From an uncultured Candidatus Micrarchaeota archaeon (lineage in GTDB: Archaea; Micrarchaeota; Micrarchaeia; Anstonellales; Bilamarchaeaceae), in assembly GCA_963714085.1 (NCBI GenBank), contig OY970229.1, forward strand, positions 632,392-696,391: 64,000 bases of DNA. Reading direction: 5' to 3'. Positions 19,676 through 27,940 of this stretch are shown one piece after another (position 1 is the first letter of the stretch; the number at the start of each line of letters is the position of its first letter). The notes beneath the pieces were generated by a model. That model was not told where the DNA came from. It saw nothing but the letters and a program-made list of their open reading frames with translations, and did not search any database. A program made the translations under genes and the position numbers.

Positions 19676-20734
19676 ATGAACACCACGAAAAGGGTCCGGT
19701 TCAAACCGATGGATTTCAGCGAGGCTGACATTTCAGATGTTTCCCGTAAGGGGAGGATGCCAACTATCATGGCTGAGACCATAGCAAGATGCTCCCTGAG
19801 ATGCATCAATTGCTATCGACAGGAAACTGATGGAGGATGGACGCAAAAAGGCCGGCAACTCAGCCTGGAGGAGAGGCTGACCCTCATACGGGATGCAGCC
19901 AAACTCGGTGCCATAACATACCAGATCGTAGGAGCTGGAGAAACACTGGACGACCCGGATTTCCCAAGGCAGCTTGAAGAAGCAAGGAAGTTCGGGATGG
20001 AAGTCATGGTGCCAACCAACGGGATCGGGCTGCAATCCGAACGTACTATGGATACGCTGGATGCATCCGGGGCCTCCGTACTCCTGAAACTGAATAGCTT
20101 CAGTGAGGATGTTGAAAGACAATTGACCGGGCGAGCAGGTTACGCGGGTATGCGGAACAAGGTGCTGGAGAAACTGCTGGGCAGGAATTCGTTCAACAGG
20201 GAGGAGATTGGCAGGAGCGGAGCGATAACGACGAGGCTGGCGATAAGCTGCATGATAACGCGCCTCAACCAGCACGAACTCCTTGACGTCCTGAAGTTCT
20301 GCCGGGAACGCAACATCGCCCCTTTCATCAATACTTTCATTCCTATGGGAAAGACGGCAAAGGAAATCGGACTGACTCCGGCACAGAAGGATGTCGAGGG
20401 ATTGTTCCGGCAGGCAAAGGAGCAGGATACCCGGATGGGGATCGACGCTGGCAATGGAAGCATCTACCTCGGGGGAACGGAATGCTTCCAGCGGGGGCTG
20501 GGACCATACGTAAACATCGTAGGGGAAGCGAGGGTCTGCGTAGGGGAGAAGGAAGCGGTGGGTAACATACGGGAAGAGCCTCTTGCAGCGATTTGGACGC
20601 GCATCAGGGAAACGACCGCGGATTACATCAGCCATTGCGGCCGCCGGGAATGCCCGCCCAGGGAAAACGCGCTCAAGGAGAGGGAAACAGAAGGCCAGGG
20701 CATGCATTGCAAAGACCTGGTTGTGCTGCGGTAG
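19676..20734 (+). CDS. Radical SAM protein with a C-terminal Cys-rich (SPASM/twitch-like) region
   Basis: CSLRCINCY (CX3CX2C). C-terminal cysteines CFQRG...RVCVGE...HCGRRECPP. Confidence 0.85.
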   Translation: MNTTKRVRFKPMDFSEADISDVSRKGRMPTIMAETIARCSLRCINCYRQETDGGWTQKGRQLSLEERLTLIRDAAKLGAITYQIVGAGETLDDPDFPRQLEEARKFGMEVMVPTNGIGLQSERTMDTLDASGASVLLKLNSFSEDVERQLTGRAGYAGMRNKVLEKLLGRNSFNREEIGRSGAITTRLAISCMITRLNQHELLDVLKFCRERNIAPFINTFIPMGKTAKEIGLTPAQKDVEGLFRQAKEQDTRMGIDAGNGSIYLGGTECFQRGLGPYVNIVGEARVCVGEKEAVGNIREEPLAAIWTRIRETTADYISHCGRRECPPRENALKERETEGQGMHCKDLVVLR

Positions 20735-20761
20735 GAGAAACGCGCTTCACAAGGTCTTTTT

Positions 20762-22222
20762 ATGAATAAAAAGATTTTTCTCATCAACGCAGGAAACGAC
20801 AGGAAGTATGGGAACGTGGTGCATGGCGCCAGTTTCCCTCCATTGGGCGTTGTCTCACTGGCGACGTATATCGGGAAAATGGCACCCAGATGGAACGTAA
20901 GGATATTGGACGGGGTAGTCACGGATGAAAAAGGGATCTCGGAAGAATTGCGCAAAGAAAAACCAGGCGTGGTCGGAATCAGCGTCCTGTCCACTTCCTA
21001 TCAAACTGCGCTGAGACTGGCAAGAACCGCGAAGGAGTTCGATGCTGTCACCATACTCGGCAACGACCAGGCTGCAAGCACGGGCCGGAACATACTGGCC
21101 GCCAGGCAGCAGATCGACTATATCTGCACCGCGGATGTCGGGGAAATGCCGCTGGTCCAATTTTTGGAATACCTTGAAGGGAAACGGAGGATAGCCGATG
21201 TCGCCAAGCTCATGTATCGGGCCGATGACGGGGCTATAATGCATAATTCCAATTTGCCGGAATTGAACCCTGGAAGGTTTGTTCTCGATCAAATACCGAT
21301 TCCCGACAGGTCGTTACTGCCCGAGACGGTCAGATCCATTTACCAGAAAAACTACGCCGCAGCTTATCCTGATGAAGGCGTCACCGGAACAGCGACTATC
21401 GACCGGATCAGAGGCTGCGCAAGGGCAAATGCCAGGTGCGTGTATTGCGGGATAGCGGACCTTGCGATACGGAGTTCCAGCCCAGAAGTGTTCTGGGATG
21501 ATGTCCGGAACGCGAGGGAAACCGGAGCAGAAAGGCTCATGGAAGCGAGCGATAGCTTTTCCGCCATGCCGGGGTACCTCGAGCAGCTTGCGGACGCGAA
21601 GCCCGAAGACCTGGATTTTCGCGCTTTTGTCTACACATCTGCCAGGGAGGTGAACCAAAGGCTGGTAGAGGCGTACAAGCGGCTGGGTATTTTTAGGGCG
21701 AACGTGGGCCTCGACAGCGGGGATGTGAACATGCTCAAAAGGTTGAAGGGACCTCGTGATTCCGTCGAACAGAATAAAGAGTCGGCCATGCTTCTCGCAG
21801 AAGCAGGCATAAGGATTTACGCTTCTTTCGTCATCGGCGGACCGGGTGAGACCATGGAGAGCCTGGAGAACACGGGACGATTCATCAGATGGCTCATCGA
21901 TGGAAATTTAGCGGATGGCGTAGAGGTGCAACCCCTTTTCCCGGGATTGAACACCAAAGCCGGAAGACTATTGACTAGTCCTGCGCTTGCCGCCAGGTAT
22001 GCAGAATTGGAGGGATTCGAATTAAGGGATGTTGATCTGCTTCATCACATGCCAAAAAAATGGCTCGGCCATGAGAATCCAGACCCGGAAGAGATATCCA
22101 GGGACTGGACGGCTATTTTTTCCGAAGTCCCCTATGACGACCTGCTCCATTTCAGCGATTCCGTTCAGAGCCATTCACAGGAAAAAGGAGTGCCAGCGGG
22201 TAGTTCCTGGACCGCAAGATAG
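20762..22222 (+). CDS. B12-binding-domain radical SAM protein (class B-like)
   Basis: N-terminal Rossmann-like cobalamin-binding-type region (PPLGVVSLATYI...VVGISVLSTSY). Cluster motif RGCARANARCVYCG. Radical SAM core follows. Confidence 0.75.
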   Translation: MNKKIFLINAGNDRKYGNVVHGASFPPLGVVSLATYIGKMAPRWNVRILDGVVTDEKGISEELRKEKPGVVGISVLSTSYQTALRLARTAKEFDAVTILGNDQAASTGRNILAARQQIDYICTADVGEMPLVQFLEYLEGKRRIADVAKLMYRADDGAIMHNSNLPELNPGRFVLDQIPIPDRSLLPETVRSIYQKNYAAAYPDEGVTGTATIDRIRGCARANARCVYCGIADLAIRSSSPEVFWDDVRNARETGAERLMEASDSFSAMPGYLEQLADAKPEDLDFRAFVYTSAREVNQRLVEAYKRLGIFRANVGLDSGDVNMLKRLKGPRDSVEQNKESAMLLAEAGIRIYASFVIGGPGETMESLENTGRFIRWLIDGNLADGVEVQPLFPGLNTKAGRLLTSPALAARYAELEGFELRDVDLLHHMPKKWLGHENPDPEEISRDWTAIFSEVPYDDLLHFSDSVQSHSQEKGVPAGSSWTAR

Positions 22223-22237
22223 GGGCAGAACAGGGCT

Positions 22238-23392
22238 TCATTTCCTAATTATGACTACGCTCTCGCGCGTCCTCACTTTCTGCGGCTTCACGTCCGCGAT
22301 GCGCTCCGCGCCCACGACTATCTCGACATCCGAAAATCCTATGCGCAGCGCCATCTCTGCGAATATCTCGTCCACGAGCACGTGGGTGTCGTGGATGACA
22401 GAGTTGGAGACGTTCACATAGGCTGCTCCGCCCGGGACGAGCACACGGTGCATCTCCTTGATCGCGCCTTCCATGTCCGCGAAATAAGTCCCGATTATCG
22501 GAATCCTTTCCCCTATCTCCCCGACTTCCACAGGCATCTCCTGAACCCGCATCTTCCTGCCTATGAACGAGCGCACGCTACGCATGCGGACCTCTTCGGC
22601 AGCGGCCTTGGACATTGCAAAAAGGCTGAGCTCCATGCCATAGATTTTGGAGTAATCGATATTGTTGAGGTAAGGCGGCGACGTGACAATGATGTCCTCG
22701 CTCGCGTCCGGAAGCCCCATGGACCGCGCATCTCCCAGGAAGACTTCCGGCTCTGGCGCAGCCTGATTAGCGCTCGCTTCCAGGTCCGCGAGCATCCGCT
22801 TGACCTTCCTACGGAAAGCGTCCTTAACCGGCATTGCGCTCTTGTCCTTGCTGATCTTGAGCACGCCTCCGTCCTTGATGATGAGGCTGGCTTGAGGCAG
22901 AGTGGAGAGCAGGGCGAGCAGGAGCAGGCTCCTCGGCCCCGGCTCCAGGTACTCGATGCGTTCGCGGAGGAAGAGTATGTCATTGAGATTACGCTTGGGG
23001 AACGCTTTCGAGGGGTCGAAAAGCTCGAATTCCCACTGCAACGGGGCTGGGGGCCTGCTCTCAGCGAAGATGCTGGCGCTGAACTCCTTCGCTATCTCTA
23101 TATCACGGGACGAATAGTTCCGGGTCTTCGTCTTCGAGACGAACGCCGCCAGGTCAGACGCATCTACACCTGTCGCGAAAATCCCTTCCTCCTTAGCCTC
23201 GAGAAGGCTTGTTCCAACGCCGCAGAACGGGTCGAGCAGGCGCTCCGGGGACGTCCTCTCATTGTTGATAGCCCACTTGACCAGCTCTGGCGAGAAGCCC
23301 TCCTTGTACCAGAACCAGCAGTGGAACGGAAGCTCCTTGCTCTGGTCGAAGGTCATGTAGGGGCCGAGGGAGAAATCGTTCGTGATTTTCAT
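22238..23392 (-). CDS. DNA methyltransferase (N6-adenine or N4-cytosine type); no adjacent restriction enzyme
   Basis: Motif I LDPFCGVGTSLLEA and motif IV VTSPPYLNNIDY, in the order I then IV. Confidence 0.75.
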   Translation of the reverse strand: MKITNDFSLGPYMTFDQSKELPFHCWFWYKEGFSPELVKWAINNERTSPERLLDPFCGVGTSLLEAKEEGIFATGVDASDLAAFVSKTKTRNYSSRDIEIAKEFSASIFAESRPPAPLQWEFELFDPSKAFPKRNLNDILFLRERIEYLEPGPRSLLLLALLSTLPQASLIIKDGGVLKISKDKSAMPVKDAFRRKVKRMLADLEASANQAAPEPEVFLGDARSMGLPDASEDIIVTSPPYLNNIDYSKIYGMELSLFAMSKAAAEEVRMRSVRSFIGRKMRVQEMPVEVGEIGERIPIIGTYFADMEGAIKEMHRVLVPGGAAYVNVSNSVIHDTHVLVDEIFAEMALRIGFSDVEIVVGAERIADVKPQKVRTRESVVIIRK

Positions 23393-23398
23393 CGGAAT

Positions 23399-23830
23399 CT
23401 ACACCAGCTTCTGCTGCCCTGTCCTCTTTTTATGCGCCTTACCCTCTTCAGCCGCGGCTTTCGAAAGCGCGTCAGCATCCTGATTCTGCTCCCTTGGGAT
23501 GTGCTCGAATTTCACCGCCATGCCGGTGCGGAGATCGTCCACCCTGAGCTTGAGCTCCTTGAGCTTCGCGTCCTTCACCTTGTATTGCCCGTTGAGCTGC
23601 CGCACGATGAGCTGGCTGTCGGACTTGATATGGACGCCGTTCTCGCCTTCATGCTTCGCGTATTCCAGGCCGCGGATGACGGCGCTGTACTCGGCTATGT
23701 TGTTCGTCCCTTCCCCGATATATTCGCTTATCTCCTTCACTTTTTTACCGTGACGGAGCACTACGACGCCTATGCCCATGGGCCCGGGGTTGCCCAGCGA
23801 AGCCCCGTCTGTGAAGATGGTGAGCGCCAT
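23399..23830 (-). CDS. rnhA: Ribonuclease HI (type 1 RNase H)
   Basis: IFTDGASLGNPGPMGIGVV...NNIAEYSAVIRGLEYA...SDSQLIVRQL...REQNQDADALS: DEDD catalytic residues in place. Confidence 0.9.
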   Translation of the reverse strand: MALTIFTDGASLGNPGPMGIGVVVLRHGKKVKEISEYIGEGTNNIAEYSAVIRGLEYAKHEGENGVHIKSDSQLIVRQLNGQYKVKDAKLKELKLRVDDLRTGMAVKFEHIPREQNQDADALSKAAAEEGKAHKKRTGQQKLV

Positions 23831-23882
23831 GGAGAGCTTCGGCGGGGTTCGTTTTTAAAATGCTTTGTGGCGGTAGAATAGC

Positions 23883-24317
23883 ATGGTCAAGGTCATCCAT
23901 CCTACGCCCGTGGTCAAGGTGGCGAAGGCCATCCTGCTCGCGGTCCTGCTTACGATCGTTCTCTACGCCATGAGGGATTACGTACAGGGCATCTTCGTAC
24001 AGGTGCTGGCGATAATCTGGGGGCTGGCGATCCTTGCGTGCCTGGCCGCCTTCGTCTCCGTCATGTTCACCACGTTGGAGATAGGGGACGACGACCTGGT
24101 CTTCAAAAAGGGCCTGCTGGCCGTGAAGACCGTGCTGGTCCCGTACGACAAGGTGACGAACACGCGCTACAACCAGTCCCTCGTCGACAGGCTCTTCGGC
24201 GTCGGCAGGCTGGATGTGGAGACCGCCGGCCAGTTGGCCTTCATGATACCCTCGGTCCGCTACGATGACGTGAAGGGGATAATGCAGAGCGTGACCGGAA
24301 GCGGGGCGAAGAAATGA
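23883..24317 (+). CDS. Membrane protein with bacterial-type PH domain (bPH_2/DUF304)
   Basis: Two N-terminal TM helices, then KKGLLAVKTVLVPYDKVTNTRYNQSLVDRLFGVGRLDVETAG. Confidence 0.7.
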   Translation: MVKVIHPTPVVKVAKAILLAVLLTIVLYAMRDYVQGIFVQVLAIIWGLAILACLAAFVSVMFTTLEIGDDDLVFKKGLLAVKTVLVPYDKVTNTRYNQSLVDRLFGVGRLDVETAGQLAFMIPSVRYDDVKGIMQSVTGSGAKK

Positions 24318-24814
24318 AAGAAACCAAGGAGGCCGAACTCACGGACAGGTTCGTGGTCATAAAGGACAAGCCGCTCATGCTCTTATTGCGGAACATAGGC
24401 GCTGCGGTGGAGGAGGGGAAGGAAGCGAAGGTTCCTCTCATCGAGGCGGCGTATTTCGCGGAAAAGGGGAAGCTGCCGTTCACAAAAGACGAAATCCTCT
24501 CCCGTGCGTCCGAAAACGACCCGCTCGCGAAGGAGAAGTACCTGGTCATCGAGCACCTAAGGAGCAGGGGTTATATCACCCGCGTCTCGCTCGACACGGA
24601 CGAGTTTTTGCGTTTGCACAGGAAGGGCTTCAGGCCTGGCGAGGACAGGACTTATTACCTGGTGAAGGTCGTGGCCGACTCGTGGGTGCCCAAGCCAGGG
24701 GAATTGGACGAGGCCCTGGATTTCGCCGGCAAGCTGCGGAAGGAGCTGGTGATCGCAGTAGTCAGACCGAACGGGCTCAGGTTCATCAAGCTGGGAAGGG
24801 CTAATTTCGAATAG
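24314..24814 (+). CDS. endA: tRNA-splicing endonuclease
   Basis: EAAYFAEKGKL...YLVIEHLRSRGYITR...FLRLHRKG...YYLVKVV...AGKLRKELVIAVV matches the archaeal EndA catalytic domain. It is consistent with the two intron-bearing tRNAs here. ATGA overlap with the upstream gene. Confidence 0.8.
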   Translation: MKETKEAELTDRFVVIKDKPLMLLLRNIGAAVEEGKEAKVPLIEAAYFAEKGKLPFTKDEILSRASENDPLAKEKYLVIEHLRSRGYITRVSLDTDEFLRLHRKGFRPGEDRTYYLVKVVADSWVPKPGELDEALDFAGKLRKELVIAVVRPNGLRFIKLGRANFE

Positions 24815-24815
24815 C

Positions 24816-25454
24816 TCAGAATATCTCTATCCTGGATTTCTCTGATATGTCCCTTCTCACGAAAAGGTAGGTCAGCAGCAGCGTGATGAACATGAACAAC
24901 AGCGGGCTGATGGGGAAGAACAGCAGCGCCGCGATGTAGAACAGCGCGTTTATGGTGCTGGAGAAGTCGTCATAGGTGTTGTCCATCAGGCGGCCAAGGT
25001 ACTCCTCCTTGCTCATCTTCTCGTGCTTCTCTATGAGCTTCCCGTCCACCGAGAATATCAGCGGTATGTAGGTGCTGGTGCGTATCTCCATGAGCAGGTG
25101 GAAGAACGCGAATATCATGACCACCAGGATGAGCCCCAGATGCAGCAGGGAGATTGCCGTTGCGGCTGAGCCGATGGCACTGAGCACGAAGCCGGCCGCG
25201 ACCACGAGGCCGCCGAGCATCGCGGTCAGTATGGTGAGGTTGTTCCTGAACAGGTCCGCCACCGGGGAGACGTTGCCTGCCTTGAGGACCGCGGCCGCCC
25301 AGCTGCGCCTGTACTCCGAGCGGACCTCGCGCGCGGTGTTGCCGCGCTTGAACGACCTGCCGCTGGTGATGATGCTTATGATGAAGCACAATGCGAAGAT
25401 TGCCAGCGACACGATCTCGGTGAAGTTCGATGAATCCCCGAACGTGAAGTCCAT
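24816..25454 (-). CDS. Polytopic membrane protein, unknown function
   Basis: 212 aa from the internal ATG (comp. 25452-25454) with about 5 hydrophobic helices. The upstream part of the 484-aa track ORF is antisense to herA and is not protein-like. Confidence 0.5.
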   Translation of the reverse strand: MDFTFGDSSNFTEIVSLAIFALCFIISIITSGRSFKRGNTAREVRSEYRRSWAAAVLKAGNVSPVADLFRNNLTILTAMLGGLVVAAGFVLSAIGSAATAISLLHLGLILVVMIFAFFHLLMEIRTSTYIPLIFSVDGKLIEKHEKMSKEEYLGRLMDNTYDDFSSTINALFYIAALLFFPISPLLFMFITLLLTYLFVRRDISEKSRIEIF

Positions 25455-25514
25455 GGATTGCAATGGTACGAGAAAGCTTATTAAGTTGCGACGTGTATCG
25501 GTTTGGGAGAAGAC

Positions 25515-27026
25515 ATGGACAAGCAGCTCGGTACGATAGTGGCGCTCGAGGGCTCGCCCTCGACGTCCGATTTCTCGTTCGTGATAAACAGCGGGGCTGA
25601 CGTCAAGAAAGGCCAATACGTCCAGGTGGAGAGCGGCAAGGAGCTGGTCTTCGGCTTCGTGGCCGAGATTGTGCGCGCTAACCGGTATTTCGAGCAGGTG
25701 GAATCCGTGGCCGAGTACGAGAAGTCCGGCAGGATAGCCGATTCCTTCCCTTCGGATGGCTGGGAGTACGTGCTCGCCCAGGTCAGGATACTGGGCAACC
25801 GCCAGAACGGGAAGTTCGTGAGGACCTTCACGCCGCCGTGCCCGGGCGCGGCGGTCTCGAATGCCGATGACGACGTCCTCAGGGAGTTCCTGGGCTTCGA
25901 CGGGAACGGACTGCACATGGGCGAGATACAGCACCACGACGTCGCGGCGAAGCTGAGCATGACTAGGCTGCTGCAGAAGCACCTGGCCATACTCGCCATG
26001 AGCGGAGCCGGGAAGAGCCATCTCGCGAGCGTGCTCCTCGAGGAGCTGCTCGAACGCAAGAAGGAGCAGGGGAGGATTGCGGTCATCGTCGTGGACATAC
26101 ACGGGGAGTACAACGGCTTCGCGCATGATGAAAGATACGGCCATCTGACGAAGGTAGTCGAGGGGAGCGACATCGCGGTCCCGTTCAGGAAGGTCCCTCC
26201 GGAATTCGTGGAGGAATGGCTGCCGAATCTTTCGGGTCCGCAGCGCGAGCTGCTGCGCCATGCCATGCACGAGTTGCGCAAAAGCAAGGGAAAGGACGGG
26301 TACTCGCTAAAGGATCTATTAGCCGGAGTGAACGCGGCGGCTGTCGCGAAGGAGGACACGAAGAAGACCCTCGCCCGGGCGCTCAACGAGCTGCGCAGGT
26401 ACAGGTTCCTCTCCCAGGGCAAGGAGAACCCGAAGCTGATTTCGGACATCCAGCCCGGAAAGCTGCTGATCCTGGATTTCAGCAGCATCGACTCGCTGCG
26501 CAAGAAGCAGATACTCGTGGCGCTGCTCGCAAGAAGATTGTTCAACCTGCGCAAGAAGGGCAGGATACCGCCGTTCCTCCTGCTCATCGAGGAGGCGCAC
26601 AACTTCGCCCGTGAGAAGGCCGAGGCGCACGAGGCGATATCCAGGAGCGTCATAGAGACCATAGCCAGGGAAGGCAGGAAATTCGGCGCATCTTTATGCC
26701 TCATATCGCAGAGGCCGGTGAACCTCAGCACCACCGCGCTTTCACAATGCAACACGCACATCATATTACGTATCACGAACCCGAATGACCTGGACCACAT
26801 ACAGATGTCCAGCGAAGGCATAGACTCGCGGGTTGCGAAAAGCATCACCGGCCTCAAAGTCGGTGAGGCCATAATCGTGGGCGAGGCGGTCAACTATCCG
26901 GTGTTCGTCAGCATCCGCAACCGCAAGTCGCTCAAGCGCGAGAGGGGCGCGCCATTGCAGCAGCAGGCGCTGGACTACGAAATGGCCAAGGAAGATAAGG
27001 GGAAGCAGGTCGAGGCGTTCCTTTAG
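25515..27026 (+). CDS. herA: HerA-like (DUF87) FtsK/HerA-superfamily ATPase
   Basis: HAS-barrel-like N-terminus (GTIVALEGSPSTSDFSFVI...GQYVQVE). Walker A MSGAGKSH. Walker B LLLIEEAHNF. QRP...THIILR. Confidence 0.8.
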   Translation: MDKQLGTIVALEGSPSTSDFSFVINSGADVKKGQYVQVESGKELVFGFVAEIVRANRYFEQVESVAEYEKSGRIADSFPSDGWEYVLAQVRILGNRQNGKFVRTFTPPCPGAAVSNADDDVLREFLGFDGNGLHMGEIQHHDVAAKLSMTRLLQKHLAILAMSGAGKSHLASVLLEELLERKKEQGRIAVIVVDIHGEYNGFAHDERYGHLTKVVEGSDIAVPFRKVPPEFVEEWLPNLSGPQRELLRHAMHELRKSKGKDGYSLKDLLAGVNAAAVAKEDTKKTLARALNELRRYRFLSQGKENPKLISDIQPGKLLILDFSSIDSLRKKQILVALLARRLFNLRKKGRIPPFLLLIEEAHNFAREKAEAHEAISRSVIETIAREGRKFGASLCLISQRPVNLSTTALSQCNTHIILRITNPNDLDHIQMSSEGIDSRVAKSITGLKVGEAIIVGEAVNYPVFVSIRNRKSLKRERGAPLQQQALDYEMAKEDKGKQVEAFL

Positions 27027-27050
27027 CCACATCGCGCGCAAACCGCCAAC

Positions 27051-27059
27051 TTTATAATT
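27051..27059 (+). promoter_or_regulatory. TATA-like box
   Basis: tttataatt about 26 nt upstream of ATG 27081. Confidence 0.45.
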
Positions 27060-27080
27060 CTTGAGAGTAAAAACAGGAAC

Positions 27081-27908
27081 ATGCGACCGAGTACCCTGTT
27101 GATAGCGATTTTTGCGTTGGCAGCATTAGCCTCCGCGGTTCCGGTGCAGATGACATCCCCGTTCGAGCAGACCATCAACACCGGGGACACGGTCTTCATC
27201 GGGACAATAGGCCCTGGCCAGACGCTGGCTGTGGAGATAAACCCCATCGTGACCACAGGGGGGATCTACGGCGCAGGAGGCCAGTACGACATCGCACAGG
27301 TCTCCAACCTGCCGCCTGGCTGGAATGCGCAGCAGAGCAAGCTGTACCAGAACCCGCTCCAGGTCAAGATAACCGCCGACAAGGCAGCGCCCCCGGGCCA
27401 ATACAACGTGGACATCACGGTGATCAACGAGAACAACGGCGAGGAGCTCGGTAACGTCACGTTCACGGCGAGGATAAACGTAACCTGGGACGTGCTGGGC
27501 ATGAGCGTCTCCCCGACGCAGGCCATCGCCGGGCCGGGCCAGCCGGCCCAGTTCGGGATAACGATTATGAACAAGGGCTCTGCGAGCGACACCTATATCG
27601 TGAACGCGAGCGGGGTGGACCAGTGGGATTTCGTCAAGCAGGTCTATGTGCCGGCGCAGAGCTCGATAACGGTCCCCTACGAGATAGCCGGCAATGAGGA
27701 GGAGACTTACAACCCGAGCATAAGCGTGGTCTCGGTGTCGAGCGGCATAATACAGCAGGAGCAGAATGTCACGCTCACCGTGAGATCAGGCCTCATCGGG
27801 GACTATCGGGCGACCAGCGACGGCACGCTGCTTTTCCCGATCTTCGAGGCGCCTATATACGCCCTGGCAGGCCTTATCGGAGCTGCCGCTAAGCTGTTCG
27901 GATTATAA
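27081..27908 (+). CDS. Secreted protein with Ig-like/NEW3-like repeats and a C-terminal hydrophobic anchor
   Basis: Signal peptide LLIAIFALAALASA. Beta-rich repeats (KAAPPGQYNVDITV..., GPGQPAQFGITIMNKGSASDTYIV). C-terminal IYALAGLIGAAAKLFGL. Confidence 0.55.
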   Translation: MRPSTLLIAIFALAALASAVPVQMTSPFEQTINTGDTVFIGTIGPGQTLAVEINPIVTTGGIYGAGGQYDIAQVSNLPPGWNAQQSKLYQNPLQVKITADKAAPPGQYNVDITVINENNGEELGNVTFTARINVTWDVLGMSVSPTQAIAGPGQPAQFGITIMNKGSASDTYIVNASGVDQWDFVKQVYVPAQSSITVPYEIAGNEEETYNPSISVVSVSSGIIQQEQNVTLTVRSGLIGDYRATSDGTLLFPIFEAPIYALAGLIGAAAKLFGL

Positions 27909-27940
27909 AACTGACGACGGAAAGATAATCCTGATTCTGC

